Shown: in pieces, positions 62,512-64,000 of the stretch
Layout of the letters: each line of letters opens with the position of its first letter
Numbering within the stretch: the stretch's first letter is position 1
Assembly (NCBI RefSeq): GCF_006345805.1
Contig: NC_043016.1
Coordinates: 9,734,001-9,798,000 of the forward strand
Length of the DNA stretch: 64,000 nucleotides
DNA from: Octopus sinensis
Lineage: Eukaryota
Reading direction: 5' to 3'
Notes under the pieces: model-generated
What the model was told of the DNA's origin: nothing
The model's input: only the letters and a program-made list of their open reading frames with translations
Database searches by the model: none
Made by a program: the position numbers and the translations under genes

Positions 62512-62748
62512 ATGGTGAGCTGGCAGAAACGTTAGCACGCTGGGTGAAATGTGTAGCCGTATTTCGTCTGCCGTTATGTTGAGTTCAAATTCCGCCCGAG
62601 GTTGACTTTGTCTTTCATCCTTTCGAGGGTCGATAAATGAAGTACCAGTTACACACTGGGGTCGATGTAATCGACTTAATCCGTCTGTCTGTCCTTGTTT
62701 GTCTCCTCTGTGTTTAGCCCCTTGTGGGTAATAAAGAAATAGGTATTA
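62512..62748 (+). mobile_element. SINE family B
   Basis: Full-length match ending AAAGAAATAGGTATT. Confidence 0.85.
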
Positions 62749-63399
62749 CTTTAAATTTAGTTTAAATGAAAAACTTGTAACTTCACAAATCTTCGGAGTT
62801 CTTTTAAAATTTGAATAGAAGAGATGTGTGTGTGTATGTGTGTGTATGTGTGTGTGTGTGTGTGTATTGTGACTTTGTGTTTGAATTTGTCTCCCAACAC
62901 TGCTTGATAACTGGAGTTGCTGTGTTTACATTCATATAACTTATCAGGTCGGTAAAAGAAGCCAATAAAAAATGTACCAGGCACAAAAAAGAAAGAACTG
63001 GTGTTGACCTGTTCAGTTAAAATTCTTCAAGATGGTGCACTAGTGTGGCTGCAGTCTAGTGATTAAAAGTGATAAAAGAACCACTAAATTCCTTGGTAAA
63101 ACTTAAAGCTAAAGGAGTTAAGTTTTGTGCCTCTCATGGTCGCTTTATTTGCTAGAAATAGCAACCCAAATGCTTTTAAATCAGATCCCCATGCTGGATG
63201 TTCAAGAACCAAATGAAGGGCAGATTTTCAATCCCGGAATCATCCTGATTCCAAAAAGATATAATATGTCTATGTAGAGCAGATGTAGATTGAGATACAG
63301 GGATCCCGGACAGACAGACATAAAATTTTGCTTTTATTAATAGAGAAGAAGAAATCACATTGCTTGTCAAGGTAACCGTGAAACATCAATGCTTTCACA

Positions 63400-64000
63400 A
63401 TCACTCATTAAGAGTTACTTCCTCTAGTGGTTCTTTGGAAGGGTCTCTGGAGCAATGTTACTCAACAGAATCGCGTTGGTTGGAGATTAGGGTATTTGTC
63501 CAGGTGGAGCCACTACTTTGCACTGAGAATTGACAGCTCTAGTTCGACAGACAATGTGATTAGAATGTCACAAGACTCACTTACAAGGTAGATTCTTCAA
63601 GCTCAGCCATGTGGCTGGAAACCTAGGGCTAAACCAAGAATGAAATGGTTGGATGATATCCATAGTCTTAGTAGATCATTCTTGGGAATCCAAGCAGGAA
63701 CTGTAATGATGGTTGCTTCTGATAGGACCCTATGGAGGAGGAGGTGCACTGAGGACTCCACCATACACCTGGCAAGAGACCTAGGAGTAGAGCAAGAATG
63801 GAATGGTTGAATAATATCCATAGTTTTAGTAGGTTATGCTTGGAGTTCCATTTAGAAAGAATAATGACAGTTGCTTCTGATAGGACCCTATGGAGAGGAG
63901 GAGGAGGTGCCTGAAGATTCTGTCCCTATGTCTGGCAAGAGACCTAGGGGTAGACCAAGGACGAGATCTTAGTAGGTCATGCTTGGGAATCCAGTGGGAA
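63400..64000 (+). mobile_element. RTE-type LINE C-terminal remnant with tandem amplification
   Basis: NVIRMSQDSL, KPRAKPRMKWLDDI and VASDRTLWRR, with the latter part repeated at about 160-bp period. It runs off the end of the window. Confidence 0.75.

Overview
This is an AT-rich, repeat-saturated animal genomic window. The SINE/LINE families and microsatellite load resemble an octopus (coleoid cephalopod) genome; that is recognition from memory, not a database result. No intact protein-coding ORF is present, and all long ORFs in the track are artefacts of mini/microsatellites. The window reads as a very large intron or intergenic region. It holds at least five tRNA-headed SINE families, RTE, R4/Dong and Penelope-like retroelement remnants, Tc1/mariner, pogo and hAT MITEs, Helitron/Helentron derivatives and several fold-back palindromes, plus one strong 15-nt micro-exon candidate (2777-2791). 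Highlights: (1) a tRNA-headed SINE whose tail carries a minimal, dimer-type hammerhead ribozyme of the Penelope class (three copies plus one tail); (2) two further, unrelated hammerhead motifs, one next to a Penelope RT remnant; (3) an RTE LINE with a C4HC3 PHD finger inside its reverse transcriptase and tandem hairpin/pseudoknot modules in its 3' UTR; (4) several local duplication and inversion events. All alignments and foldings were done by eye, and TE boundaries are approximate unless termini are quoted.
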